From assembly GCA_965116495.1 (NCBI GenBank), contig OZ220696.1, positions 3,520,001 through 3,584,000 of the forward strand: 64,000 nt of DNA. The letters run 5' to 3'. Shown one piece after another: positions 30,887 through 39,458 of the stretch. Source of the stretch: Gammaproteobacteria bacterium. GTDB taxonomy: Bacteria > Pseudomonadota > Gammaproteobacteria > Eutrophobiales > Eutrophobiaceae. Both the position numbers and the translations under genes were made by a program. Under the pieces are notes generated by a model. That model made no database searches. It was given only the letters and a program-made list of their open reading frames with translations, and was not told the DNA's origin. Each line of letters starts with the position of its first letter. Position 1 is the stretch's first letter.

Positions 30887-31632
30887 TGAGTGAACGAACC
30901 TTATTTCTGGCCTGGCAGGACAGCGATTCCAGCAGGGCGTGGTTCCCAGTGGGACAGCTCGATGCGGACGTTGATCGTCCTTTGTATCGTTTCCGTTATA
31001 TCGGAGGAGCGAAGCGCGCGCAGGAAAACTCAGGGTTCCCTCTACTCGTTGAGTTTCCCTCACTAGGGGGGGATTATAAATCTCCAGAGTTGTTCCCGCT
31101 GTTCCAGAACCGGGTAATGAATAAGAAAAGGCCGGACTTTGCCGACTATCTGCGTAGTCTTGACTTTACGGAGGAAGCTGATCCTATTGAGATTCTATCG
31201 GTAAACGGAGGTCAACGCATAACGGACGCCTATGAGGTGTTTCCGAAAATCGAGAAGGACGATAGTGGGAACTTCTCTTGTCGGTTCTTTCTGCATGGTT
31301 GGCGGCACGTCAAACAAGCTGCCCAGGAGCGAATTAACGGTCTGGAATCTGGAGAACGGCTTTTCCTAACACGGGGACAGACCGGTCCTGAGACCGGGTT
31401 GGCAGTAGAAATCTGCACTGGTGATGGTTTTATGATTGGTTGGGCGCCACGCTATCTGGTTGCCGATTTTGTTGCGTCTAAGTCTGAAACTCCTGAATAT
31501 TCTGCCCATGTGGTGCGGGTTAATCCCCAGCCTGCCCTGTCAAAACAACGGGTTCTGATTGAGATGCGTGGCCGCTGGGAAACCCACGAACCCATGAGAG
31601 GTGAGGATTTTGTGCCTTTGGTTGACGGCTGA
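30886..31632 (+). CDS. HipS-like N-terminal domain plus HIRAN-like domain protein
   Basis: LFLAWQD..WFPVG..YRFRY..LFPLFQNRVM..RPD, then FFLHGWRH...IGWAPRY; TGATG coupling to the kinase. Confidence 0.75.
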   Translation: MSERTLFLAWQDSDSSRAWFPVGQLDADVDRPLYRFRYIGGAKRAQENSGFPLLVEFPSLGGDYKSPELFPLFQNRVMNKKRPDFADYLRSLDFTEEADPIEILSVNGGQRITDAYEVFPKIEKDDSGNFSCRFFLHGWRHVKQAAQERINGLESGERLFLTRGQTGPETGLAVEICTGDGFMIGWAPRYLVADFVASKSETPEYSAHVVRVNPQPALSKQRVLIEMRGRWETHEPMRGEDFVPLVDG

Positions 31633-31719
31633 GTGTCTGTCAGAGTCGGTCTTAAGATTGTCTAAGGCTTCGTCTTGCCTGTGTGATTGACTATCGTCAA
31701 TGACCCTGCTCCCGAGTAA

Positions 31720-31756
31720 CGAAAAAACCGCTATAGAGGCGGTTTTTTCGCCCCAA
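31720..31756. terminator. Bidirectional Rho-independent terminator-like hairpin, right copy of the island-bounding repeat
   Basis: cgaaaaaaccgctatagaggcggttttttcgccccaa between convergent genes. Confidence 0.75.
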
Positions 31757-31762
31757 TCCCGC

Positions 31763-32413
31763 TTACCCGAATACCCGGGGCTGAAAATCTGCCTGGTTGA
31801 CGATACTGGCACTGCTCCCAGTTGCCCGGATAACAAACAGCCCCTGTCGCTCCGCATGGACCTCGGCGGATTGCTCCACCCGCAAATACGCCAGCGCGCC
31901 GTACACCTGCTTGCCCCGGAAAACCGGCACGTGCCCCGTGAACCTTGCCAGCTTCTCCAGAAAGTGTGTCACATCCTGGGCGTGCAACGTAGTCTTCACT
32001 TCCACTACAACCACTACCTCGCTGTTGACGGCCAGGATGTCATACTCGTAATGTTCCCCGTTGCGCCGGCCCTTCACCCTGGTGTGGGTTGAACGCACAT
32101 TTATCCCTTGCGCCTGCAACAAGGCCACCAGGTCACCCTCCACCAGGCTCTCCATGAGTTTGCCCCATTGACCGGTGAAGAGGTTTTCCATCTCTCTCAT
32201 GCGTTTATCCATACGCCGGTCGGTTTCCTGCATCTGTCGGTCGGTTTCCTTCTGTTGCCGTTTGGTTTCCTTGCTCAGCCGGTCGGTTTCCTTCATCTGC
32301 CGGTCAGTTTCACGCATCCGCCGGGACAATTCCTCTTGCTCCTTTGATACCGAGCGCAGGATATTCCAGATCTCTTCGGGGGTGGCAGGTTGTTGGTCAG
32401 GGTTGCGTTCCAT
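31763..32413 (-). CDS. Coiled-coil PD-(D/E)XK nuclease-like protein (DUF3782-like)
   Basis: ETDRQMK heptad repeats, QWGKLMESLV, EYDILAVN...VVEVKTTL, AERQGLFVI. Confidence 0.75.
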   Translation of the reverse strand: MERNPDQQPATPEEIWNILRSVSKEQEELSRRMRETDRQMKETDRLSKETKRQQKETDRQMQETDRRMDKRMREMENLFTGQWGKLMESLVEGDLVALLQAQGINVRSTHTRVKGRRNGEHYEYDILAVNSEVVVVVEVKTTLHAQDVTHFLEKLARFTGHVPVFRGKQVYGALAYLRVEQSAEVHAERQGLFVIRATGSSASIVNQADFQPRVFG

Positions 32414-32485
32414 TGATACTTCCTCCTGTTCAGAAATGACAGGGCCAAGAGTAATAGGAAGGCCGCATTCCGTCAAATCCAGGTA

Positions 32486-33046
32486 TCAGTCCCCATTACC
32501 CTCCGTCGCAGGATTGTAGGTAGCCGTAATCCGGCCGGCCTCGTCGTAGAGACCGGTCATGATGCTGATCATTTTGTTGGTCTCATCAAGTTTTTCGTCC
32601 ACCCGGTCGATGTTCTTCGATTGCTCCGTCAGGATGCGCCTGCGCAGTTCGGCGTAATTGTCGGTCATTTTCCTGCCCTTGGCCGTTACCCGGTAGGCGG
32701 CGGTCTTGCGGCTCCTGTCCTTGATCCGTTCGCAGAACCCGGTCTTCACCAGTTTCCTCAGGCAATACTGGATATTGGGGATATCATCCCGGTTCAACTG
32801 CCGGGCGATGTCCGTGGCGCTCTTGGGCCGGTCATGCATGCGGATGATATGGATGATGACGGCCTCGATATAACTCAGTTCGCCCATGCCGGTCACCCCG
32901 GCAAGTTGCGTCACCCATCGTTCAAAGGCCTGCTGAAAACGCAATATGCTCCATTCGAATTCCGTGGAAATGGCTTCATGGGATGAACTGGCAAGGTGCC
33001 AGGCCCGGTAACGGGATGCTTCAAAGTTTTCCTGTTTTTTCTTCAT
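32486..33046 (-). CDS. MarR-type winged-helix transcriptional regulator
   Basis: TEFEWS, LNRDDIPNIQYCLRKL, YRVTAKG. Confidence 0.8.
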   Translation of the reverse strand: MKKKQENFEASRYRAWHLASSSHEAISTEFEWSILRFQQAFERWVTQLAGVTGMGELSYIEAVIIHIIRMHDRPKSATDIARQLNRDDIPNIQYCLRKLVKTGFCERIKDRSRKTAAYRVTAKGRKMTDNYAELRRRILTEQSKNIDRVDEKLDETNKMISIMTGLYDEAGRITATYNPATEGNGD

Positions 33047-33069
33047 CAGAGGAGTTACCCAGTTCGTTG

Positions 33070-33155
33070 AATATTTGGGGTCAGAGTAAAAATTTGTCTG
33101 TTCGGCAGGCGATGCCGGTTTATTGTTGGGTATTTTTACTCTGACCCTAAATATT
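33070..33155. repeat. Family B inverted pair (GGGGTCAGAGTAAAAAT ... ATTTTTACTCTGACCC)
   Basis: aatatttggggtcagagtaaaaat / atttttactctgaccctaaatatt. Confidence 0.85.
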
Positions 33156-33897
33156 AGATTGTTGGAAATAAATTTTCATCCTGGATGGTTTCGGGAGACG
33201 GAAACGCCTGTTTCGAATGCGCCAGCCCCATATCCAGCAGGGCTTCACACAGTTTGTAGGCAACCACGCCGGGGTTGAGCACGGGCGCGGGCAGGTTGTC
33301 GCGCAGGAAGCGGTGTGACTGGTGCATGGTGGTGGAACCCAGGATGATGACGTCGGCGCCGTCTTCTTCGATGGCTTTCAACCCCTGCTCCTTCAGCTTG
33401 TCAAACACCATCTCTTCCTTGCCCGTCAACAACTCCTGTACGTCCGGGCGGGTGTCAATATGCCTGATCGAGGCCAGCTTGTGCTCCAGCCCGTATTCTT
33501 TCAGGGTCTTGCGGTATAACGCCAGCCACGGTTGCCACATGGTCAGGATGGAAAACCGGTGCCCCAGGGTGGCGGCCAGGTGGAATGACGCCTGGCCCGG
33601 ACCGATGACCGGGATATTCAAGCGGGAGCGCAGGGCATACAGCCCTGAATCGCTGACCGTGTTGATACAGACTGCGGCACAGCCCTCTTCCTCTGCCCTG
33701 AGACCGGCTTCGATCACTATGGTATCCATGATGTAAGTATCGTAATAGCTGTCCGCCAGCGACATGAGTCGTTTTGACCCGACGAATTCCACGTCAAATT
33801 CCGGCCGGATGTATTCCGCCGGGATCTGGGTTTCAATCAACTCACGGGTATGTTCGTTGAGCGGTACCGGGAAGATGACCTTGATTTTTTTACCCAT
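33154..33897 (-). CDS. Asp/Glu/hydantoin racemase family protein
   Basis: AEEEG..AVCINTVSDSG, IPVIGPG, EDGADVIILGSTTM. Confidence 0.85.
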   Translation of the reverse strand: MGKKIKVIFPVPLNEHTRELIETQIPAEYIRPEFDVEFVGSKRLMSLADSYYDTYIMDTIVIEAGLRAEEEGCAAVCINTVSDSGLYALRSRLNIPVIGPGQASFHLAATLGHRFSILTMWQPWLALYRKTLKEYGLEHKLASIRHIDTRPDVQELLTGKEEMVFDKLKEQGLKAIEEDGADVIILGSTTMHQSHRFLRDNLPAPVLNPGVVAYKLCEALLDMGLAHSKQAFPSPETIQDENLFPTI

Positions 33898-33971
33898 CAG
33901 GTTTTATCGAAGTTTTATTGAAATCTAAAGTGATATTATACTGGCAATTTTGTTGAATCAGGTAATCATAG

Positions 33972-35171
33972 ATGGAAACCCACATCCCCTACGGTGGTTA
34001 CTGGACCACGCCGTTCGCCCGTTGGCAGGGCAGCCTGTCCCACCTGCACAGCATGGAATACGCCGCCCACGTGACCCGGCAGGTCATGGCCGGCCGGGAC
34101 CTCGACGGACGGCAGTTCGATTTCGGTGTGCTGGGGATGACCGTCCCGCAAAATAGCTGTTTTTACGGTCTGCCCTGGTTGACGGCCATGGCCGGGCTCG
34201 GCCATATCGGCGGCCCGACGGTCAGCCAGGCCTGCGCCACCAGCGCCCGGGCGATGGCGACCGCCAGCGGGGAAATCCAGGCCGGACTGGCGCAATGTGC
34301 GCTGGTCATCAGCGCAGACCGTATCTCCAACGGCCCCCATATTTACTACCCGGACCCGCTCGGCCCCGGCGGCACCGGTGTTACGGAAGACTGGGTCATG
34401 AGCAATTTCACCCAGGACCCGTATGCGAAATGCGATATGACCCGCACCGCGGAGAACTGCGCGGGCAAATGGAACGTGTCGACGGCGCAGCAGCACGAGG
34501 TTGCCTTGCGCCGTTACGAACAGTACCAGCAGGCGCTCTACGACAATGGGAGCGGCACATTTCAGCAGAAATACATGCTTCTGCCCCTGGATGTGCCTGA
34601 CAAGAAGTACCGGAAAACGGTCGCTACCCTGACGGGCGATGAGGGTATTACCGCGACCAGCGGCGAGAAGATGGCGCGGCTGAAGCCGGTACGGGAAGGC
34701 GGCACCGTGACCTTTGCCGGCCAGACCCACCCGGCCGACGGCAATGCCGGTATGATCATCACGACTTCTGACAAGGCACGAGCATTGAGTAGCGATCCGA
34801 ATATCAGGATCAGCATCGTCGCTTACGGGCAGGCCAGGGAAGCCCCGGCCTGGATGCCGGCCGCGCCCATTCCGGCCAGCCGGCGCGCCCTGGCCCGGGC
34901 AGGAATTTCGATGAAGGATATCAAGGCAATCAAGTCCCATAACCCGTTCGCGGTCAATGACATTATTTTTGCCAGGGAGATGGGTATCGACGTCATGACC
35001 ATGAACAATTACGGCTGTTCCCTGATCTGGGGTCACCCGCAGGGTCCGACAGGGATGCGCGCAGTGATCGAACTCATCGAGGAACTGGTACTGGAAGGCG
35101 GTGGATACGGCCTGTTTCACGGTTGTGCGGCCGGCGATACCGCCATGGCAGTGGTGCTGCGCGTAAACTGA
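33972..35171 (+). CDS. Thiolase family protein (atypical motifs)
   Basis: SQACATS (catalytic Cys), HPADG, HNPFA, GHPQGPTG, GCAAGD. Confidence 0.88.
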   Translation: METHIPYGGYWTTPFARWQGSLSHLHSMEYAAHVTRQVMAGRDLDGRQFDFGVLGMTVPQNSCFYGLPWLTAMAGLGHIGGPTVSQACATSARAMATASGEIQAGLAQCALVISADRISNGPHIYYPDPLGPGGTGVTEDWVMSNFTQDPYAKCDMTRTAENCAGKWNVSTAQQHEVALRRYEQYQQALYDNGSGTFQQKYMLLPLDVPDKKYRKTVATLTGDEGITATSGEKMARLKPVREGGTVTFAGQTHPADGNAGMIITTSDKARALSSDPNIRISIVAYGQAREAPAWMPAAPIPASRRALARAGISMKDIKAIKSHNPFAVNDIIFAREMGIDVMTMNNYGCSLIWGHPQGPTGMRAVIELIEELVLEGGGYGLFHGCAAGDTAMAVVLRVN

Positions 35172-35173
35172 TC

Positions 35174-36793
35174 ATGGTCCGGACGGTTACCGGTTTGCCC
35201 ACGCTATTCCCTACCGTTGTCCACGCACTGGCGGACGCGGCGGCAAGGAGTCCCGGGCGCGAGGCCCTGGTACTCGGTGATGAACGGCTCAATTACCGGG
35301 AATACCTGCGTTGCGTCGCCGGATTCAGCCGGGAGCTGGAAGCGCTGGAACTGGGCGGCTGCCGGGTGGCGCTGCTGATGGGCAATTCCATCGACGTGTG
35401 CATAGCGATGTTCGCCGTCCATGCCGCCCGCGCCGAGGCAGTCCCGTTGAACCCGGCCTACACGGCCCGCGAACTGCTTCCCATGCTGGAAGACGCCGAA
35501 GTGGCGGCCATAATTTACGATGAACCCTTCGATGCCATGGTCAGGTCCCTCGCGCCCGAACCGGGCATCAAACGCCTGCTCGCCGTCGGCAACAGCCGGC
35601 GTTTAACCGAATGGCGCGAGCGTCGGGATCTCGACAGCCTCGGTGACCTGCCGGAAGCAGAAGACCCGGCCACCCTGCAGTTTACCGGCGGTACCACCGG
35701 CACGGCCAAGGGCGCCTGTATCAGCCATCATTCTCTGTCCGTCAACGTGAGCCAGCGCGAGGCCATTTCCCCCACCCGCGATGACGTGGAAAGAACCTTG
35801 TGCATCATGCCCCTGTTCCATTGCTACGCAGTGTCCATGTGCCTGCATGCCATGGTCTACCGGCGCGGCGCCCTGGTCATCCTGCCGCGCTATCACCCCG
35901 AAGAAGTCATCGCCGCCCTGGTCCGGGAAAAGATCACCCTGTTTGCAGGCAGCCCCACGATTTTTACCGGGTTGCTGAATTATCCGGGTTTTGCCGAAAC
36001 CGATTTTTCCAACCTGTACATGTCCTCATCCGGTTCGGCGCCCCTGGCGGAAAATATACTGAGTAACTGGGAAAGGATCACCGGCACGCCGATACTTGAG
36101 GGCTATGGCCAGTCGGAGGCGGGGCCGGTGATCTCGTTCAACCCGCTGCACGGGGTCAGGAAACCGACATCGGTCGGCCTGCCCCTGCCCGCAACGGAAA
36201 TCCAGGTGGTCGACGTGGAGACCGGCACACAGGTACTCAGTACCGGGCAAAAAGGAGAAATCCGGGTGGCAGGCCCCCAGGTGATGGGCGGTTACCGGAA
36301 TCGCCCGCAGGAGACGGCCCAGGCATTGCGCGACGGCTGGCTCTACACGGGCGATATCGGTGAACTGGATGAGGAGGGCTACCTGTATATACGCGCCAGA
36401 AAAAAGGAGATGATCATTGTTTCCGGCTATAACGTGTACCCCCGCGAGGTCGAAGAGATACTGCATCAAAACCCCGGCGTCAGGGAAGCGGCCGTTGTCG
36501 CAAAGAAAGATGCCTACCGCGGCGAATTGCCGGTTGCATTTATAGTGCCGGGGAAAGAGGACGGCGTGGATGAGGAAGTATTGCGGCACTATTGTATGGA
36601 ATACCTGGCATCCTATAAGATCCCGGCGGAATTTCACTTCGTGGACAACCTGCCCAAGACTGTGGTAGGAAAAGTAGACAAAATCCTGTTGGCCGAAATG
36701 GCAAACCGGAATCCAGAATCCCGTCATTCCGGCGAACGCCGGAATCCGGAAGGCAATGAACCGTCGGCAGCAATTAATAACAAGAAATCTTGA
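35174..36793 (+). CDS. Acyl-CoA synthetase (long-chain-fatty-acid-CoA ligase-like)
   Basis: FTGGTTGTAKG, EGYGQSE, GWLYTGD, LPKTVVGK. Confidence 0.9.
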   Translation: MVRTVTGLPTLFPTVVHALADAAARSPGREALVLGDERLNYREYLRCVAGFSRELEALELGGCRVALLMGNSIDVCIAMFAVHAARAEAVPLNPAYTARELLPMLEDAEVAAIIYDEPFDAMVRSLAPEPGIKRLLAVGNSRRLTEWRERRDLDSLGDLPEAEDPATLQFTGGTTGTAKGACISHHSLSVNVSQREAISPTRDDVERTLCIMPLFHCYAVSMCLHAMVYRRGALVILPRYHPEEVIAALVREKITLFAGSPTIFTGLLNYPGFAETDFSNLYMSSSGSAPLAENILSNWERITGTPILEGYGQSEAGPVISFNPLHGVRKPTSVGLPLPATEIQVVDVETGTQVLSTGQKGEIRVAGPQVMGGYRNRPQETAQALRDGWLYTGDIGELDEEGYLYIRARKKEMIIVSGYNVYPREVEEILHQNPGVREAAVVAKKDAYRGELPVAFIVPGKEDGVDEEVLRHYCMEYLASYKIPAEFHFVDNLPKTVVGKVDKILLAEMANRNPESRHSGERRNPEGNEPSAAINNKKS

Positions 36794-36806
36794 GGTTGTC
36801 CGCCTT

Positions 36807-38951
36807 ATGCAGGAATACAATAACCCCATCCTGATCCAGCCTACAGGGGAAATACCCCGCAAAATCGGTATCATCGGCGCCGGCACCATCGGCCCGGACA
36901 TCGGTTATTACCTGAAAAGCACCCTCCCGGATTTAAGCCTGGTCCTGGTTGATATCAGCCGGGAAGCCCTGGAACGGGCTATCGACAGGATCCACGGGTA
37001 TGCACAAAAAGGGCTTGCCAGGGGGAAATTGACCCCCGCGCAGGCCGAACATGTACGGCAGAACCTCAGCGTTTCCCTTGACTATGAGGCCCTGGACGGA
37101 TGCGACTGGGTCGTCGAGGCCGCTACGGAAAATATTGAACTGAAAAAACAGATCTTCTCAAGGGTGGAGGCCATTTGCAGTGAACAGTGCATGATCACCT
37201 CAAATACCAGTTCCATCCCCGCCAGGCTGCTGTTTTCTCACCTGCATCATCCTGGGCGGACTACCGTTACCCATTTTTTTGCGCCGGCCTTCCGCAACCC
37301 GGTGGTCGAGGTGGTCGATTGGGAACAGGCCGATCCGGTATTCCTGCAACAACTGCGCCGGCTGTTTTACCTGACCGGCAAGGTCCCTATGGTCACCCGT
37401 GACGTAGTCTGCTTCATGCTCGACCGCATATTCGACAACTGGTGTAACGAAGCCGGTTATTTACTGTCCGGCGCCACCCCGGCACAAATCGACCACGCAG
37501 CCGGCGATTACGTACACGCCGGCCCGTTCTTTGTATTGAACATGTCCAACGGCAACCCGATCATCATTGAGACCAACTCCCTGCAAGCCGAACTGGAAGG
37601 CCCACACTACCGCCCCGCAGAAATTTTCCAGACAGCACAGGATTGTACTAATTTGGGACACCCACAAATTGCCAATTCACGTGATAATTTGGGACAACCA
37701 CAAATTGGCGGAAATGATAATTTGGGACAACCAGAAATTGCAGACCGGGGATTATTATGGGACGAGTCGGGAAAATGGTTAACAATCAAACCCGGCGAGA
37801 ACGTAGACGTGCCACAGGCTGTAACTGCGGAAATCCGGGACCGTCTGCTGGGGGTCCTGTTTTCGCAGACCGTGGATATCCTGGACCGTGACATCGGTAC
37901 GGCGGCCGACCTGGAACTGGGCTGCCGGCTTGCCTTTGCCTTCAGGCAGGGTCCCCTGGAACTGATGCGGGAACTGGGCGAACAGGAGAGTGAACGGATC
38001 CTGACGAAGTTTACCCGCGCAAAGCCCGGTATGCCCGGCGCGCAACGACCGCTGCGCGCGTACCAGGATTTTTACAGGTTTATCCTGGTCGATGAACTCG
38101 ACGGCGTAATCATCATCACGCTGCGCCGTCCCGAGGCATTGAATGCTTTGCATGATGACATGACCGACGAAATCCTGGCCGTATTGAAGCAATATGAGAA
38201 TGATCCGCAGACTACCGGATTCATCATTACCGGCTATGGCGGCGCGGCGTTCAGCGCGGGCGCCGACATCGGCAGGTTTCCCTCGATGCTGGGAGACAAG
38301 GACCAGAGTATTGATTACGCACGCGTGTGCTCCCGGTTACTGGTCTACCTGGACACCTGCGCGAAGCCGGTTGTCGCTGCGTTGAACGGCATGGCCCTGG
38401 GCGGCGGCCTGGAACTGGTGGTCCGCTGCCACGGCATCGTTGCCGTGGAGGACGCGTGGTTGCAATTTCCGGAGATTACCCTGGGTATTGCGCCGGGTCT
38501 GGGCGGCATGGTGATTCCCTACCGGCGCTGGCCTGCAGCCGCGGCGGCTTTTCATGCCATGCTGCTCAAAGCAAAAAAAATGGCTGCAACCGATGCAGCA
38601 GAGGCGGGGATAATTGACACCTTGGAGGATAACCATGCCGCACTGCTGCCCGGCGCGGTGCGGTTGGTCAGGGAACTCGCGGGTAAACCGCACACGCTTA
38701 CGGATACCCCCATCAATATTTCGCCTCCGGCTGCCGGAAAGGACAAACCACTCAGCTCCACCGGTCAAAAACTGAGCGCCGCGGTGACCGCTATTATCCG
38801 TCGGGCTATCGTTGATGCGGCGGCGGCCGTATCACTGGACGCAGCGCTGGAGGCCGGTTATAGCGCGTTCGGAGACAGCGCCTGCACGGCGGCAGCCCGT
38901 GAGGGCATCGGCGCGTTCATGGAAAAAAGAAAACCCGATTTTACAGATTAG
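36807..38951 (+). CDS. 3-hydroxyacyl-CoA dehydrogenase / enoyl-CoA hydratase fusion
   Basis: IIGAGTIG, VEAATE, SNTSSI, HFFAP; C-terminal crotonase FSAGADI, ALGGGLEL, PEITLG. Confidence 0.9.
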   Translation: MQEYNNPILIQPTGEIPRKIGIIGAGTIGPDIGYYLKSTLPDLSLVLVDISREALERAIDRIHGYAQKGLARGKLTPAQAEHVRQNLSVSLDYEALDGCDWVVEAATENIELKKQIFSRVEAICSEQCMITSNTSSIPARLLFSHLHHPGRTTVTHFFAPAFRNPVVEVVDWEQADPVFLQQLRRLFYLTGKVPMVTRDVVCFMLDRIFDNWCNEAGYLLSGATPAQIDHAAGDYVHAGPFFVLNMSNGNPIIIETNSLQAELEGPHYRPAEIFQTAQDCTNLGHPQIANSRDNLGQPQIGGNDNLGQPEIADRGLLWDESGKWLTIKPGENVDVPQAVTAEIRDRLLGVLFSQTVDILDRDIGTAADLELGCRLAFAFRQGPLELMRELGEQESERILTKFTRAKPGMPGAQRPLRAYQDFYRFILVDELDGVIIITLRRPEALNALHDDMTDEILAVLKQYENDPQTTGFIITGYGGAAFSAGADIGRFPSMLGDKDQSIDYARVCSRLLVYLDTCAKPVVAALNGMALGGGLELVVRCHGIVAVEDAWLQFPEITLGIAPGLGGMVIPYRRWPAAAAAFHAMLLKAKKMAATDAAEAGIIDTLEDNHAALLPGAVRLVRELAGKPHTLTDTPINISPPAAGKDKPLSSTGQKLSAAVTAIIRRAIVDAAAAVSLDAALEAGYSAFGDSACTAAAREGIGAFMEKRKPDFTD
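37649..37740 (+). repeat. Three in-frame copies of the family C 23-mer inside the HAD/ECH gene
   Basis: TAATTTGGGACA(C/A)C(C/A).AAATTG-like copies at 37649, 37685, 37718, translated as NLGHPQI/NLGQPQI/NLGQPEI. Confidence 0.9.
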
Positions 38952-39071
38952 AAAAAGGGGGCAGATTTAAATCTGTTCCCCGGGTGGAATGGCAGCGGGA
39001 TTCATGTTTTGCCTCCTGCTCCTTTGAACTATAGACTATAGCCGGGTCAACAGAAAAATAAACTTTGTTCA

Positions 39072-39458
39072 TTGCAAAAAACACCAGACAACCATAACGG
39101 TGATACTGAGGTCTATCACCACCAGGCAGACAACCTGCCCGCGCACGGTTCCCATGATGACGAAGTATTGACGGAGTCCCGCGTCTCGGACTACTGGCGC
39201 GCCAACATCAGGCTGCTGCTGATATTGCTGGCAATCTGGTTTACCGTATCCTACGGCTTCGGAATCCTGCTGGTCGACTGGCTGAACCGGATCAGCCTGT
39301 TCGGTTTCAAGCTCGGATTCTGGTGGGCGCAACAGGGGTCAATCTACACGTTTGTCATACTCATTTTCGTGTACGTGGCGCTCATCGGCAGGATCGATCG
39401 CAAGTTCGGTGTGGACGATTCCGATGCGGACAGTGACCGGCGCGGAGAACGCCCATGA
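39072..39458 (+). CDS. DUF4212-type small membrane partner of a solute symporter
   Basis: YWRANIRL, LGFWWAQQGSI; overlaps the symporter start; true start uncertain. Confidence 0.85.
   Translation: MQKTPDNHNGDTEVYHHQADNLPAHGSHDDEVLTESRVSDYWRANIRLLLILLAIWFTVSYGFGILLVDWLNRISLFGFKLGFWWAQQGSIYTFVILIFVYVALIGRIDRKFGVDDSDADSDRRGERP

Larger units (their letters stand above)
22552..31719 (+). mobile_element. AT-richer genomic islet carrying a candidate four-gene defence operon
   Basis: Visible shift to AT-rich codon usage; four tightly spaced co-oriented ORFs; duplicated hairpin at both ends; no integrase seen. Confidence 0.65.

Noticed and set aside
33966-36901. Long minus-strand ORFs (33966-35120, 36026-36901)
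   Set aside because: Antisense shadows of the thiolase and CoA ligase
37649-37740. CRISPR-like repeat-spacer pattern
   Set aside because: Spacers are only 13 and 10 bp, it lies in frame within a CDS, no cas genes are present, and the motif is dispersed elsewhere
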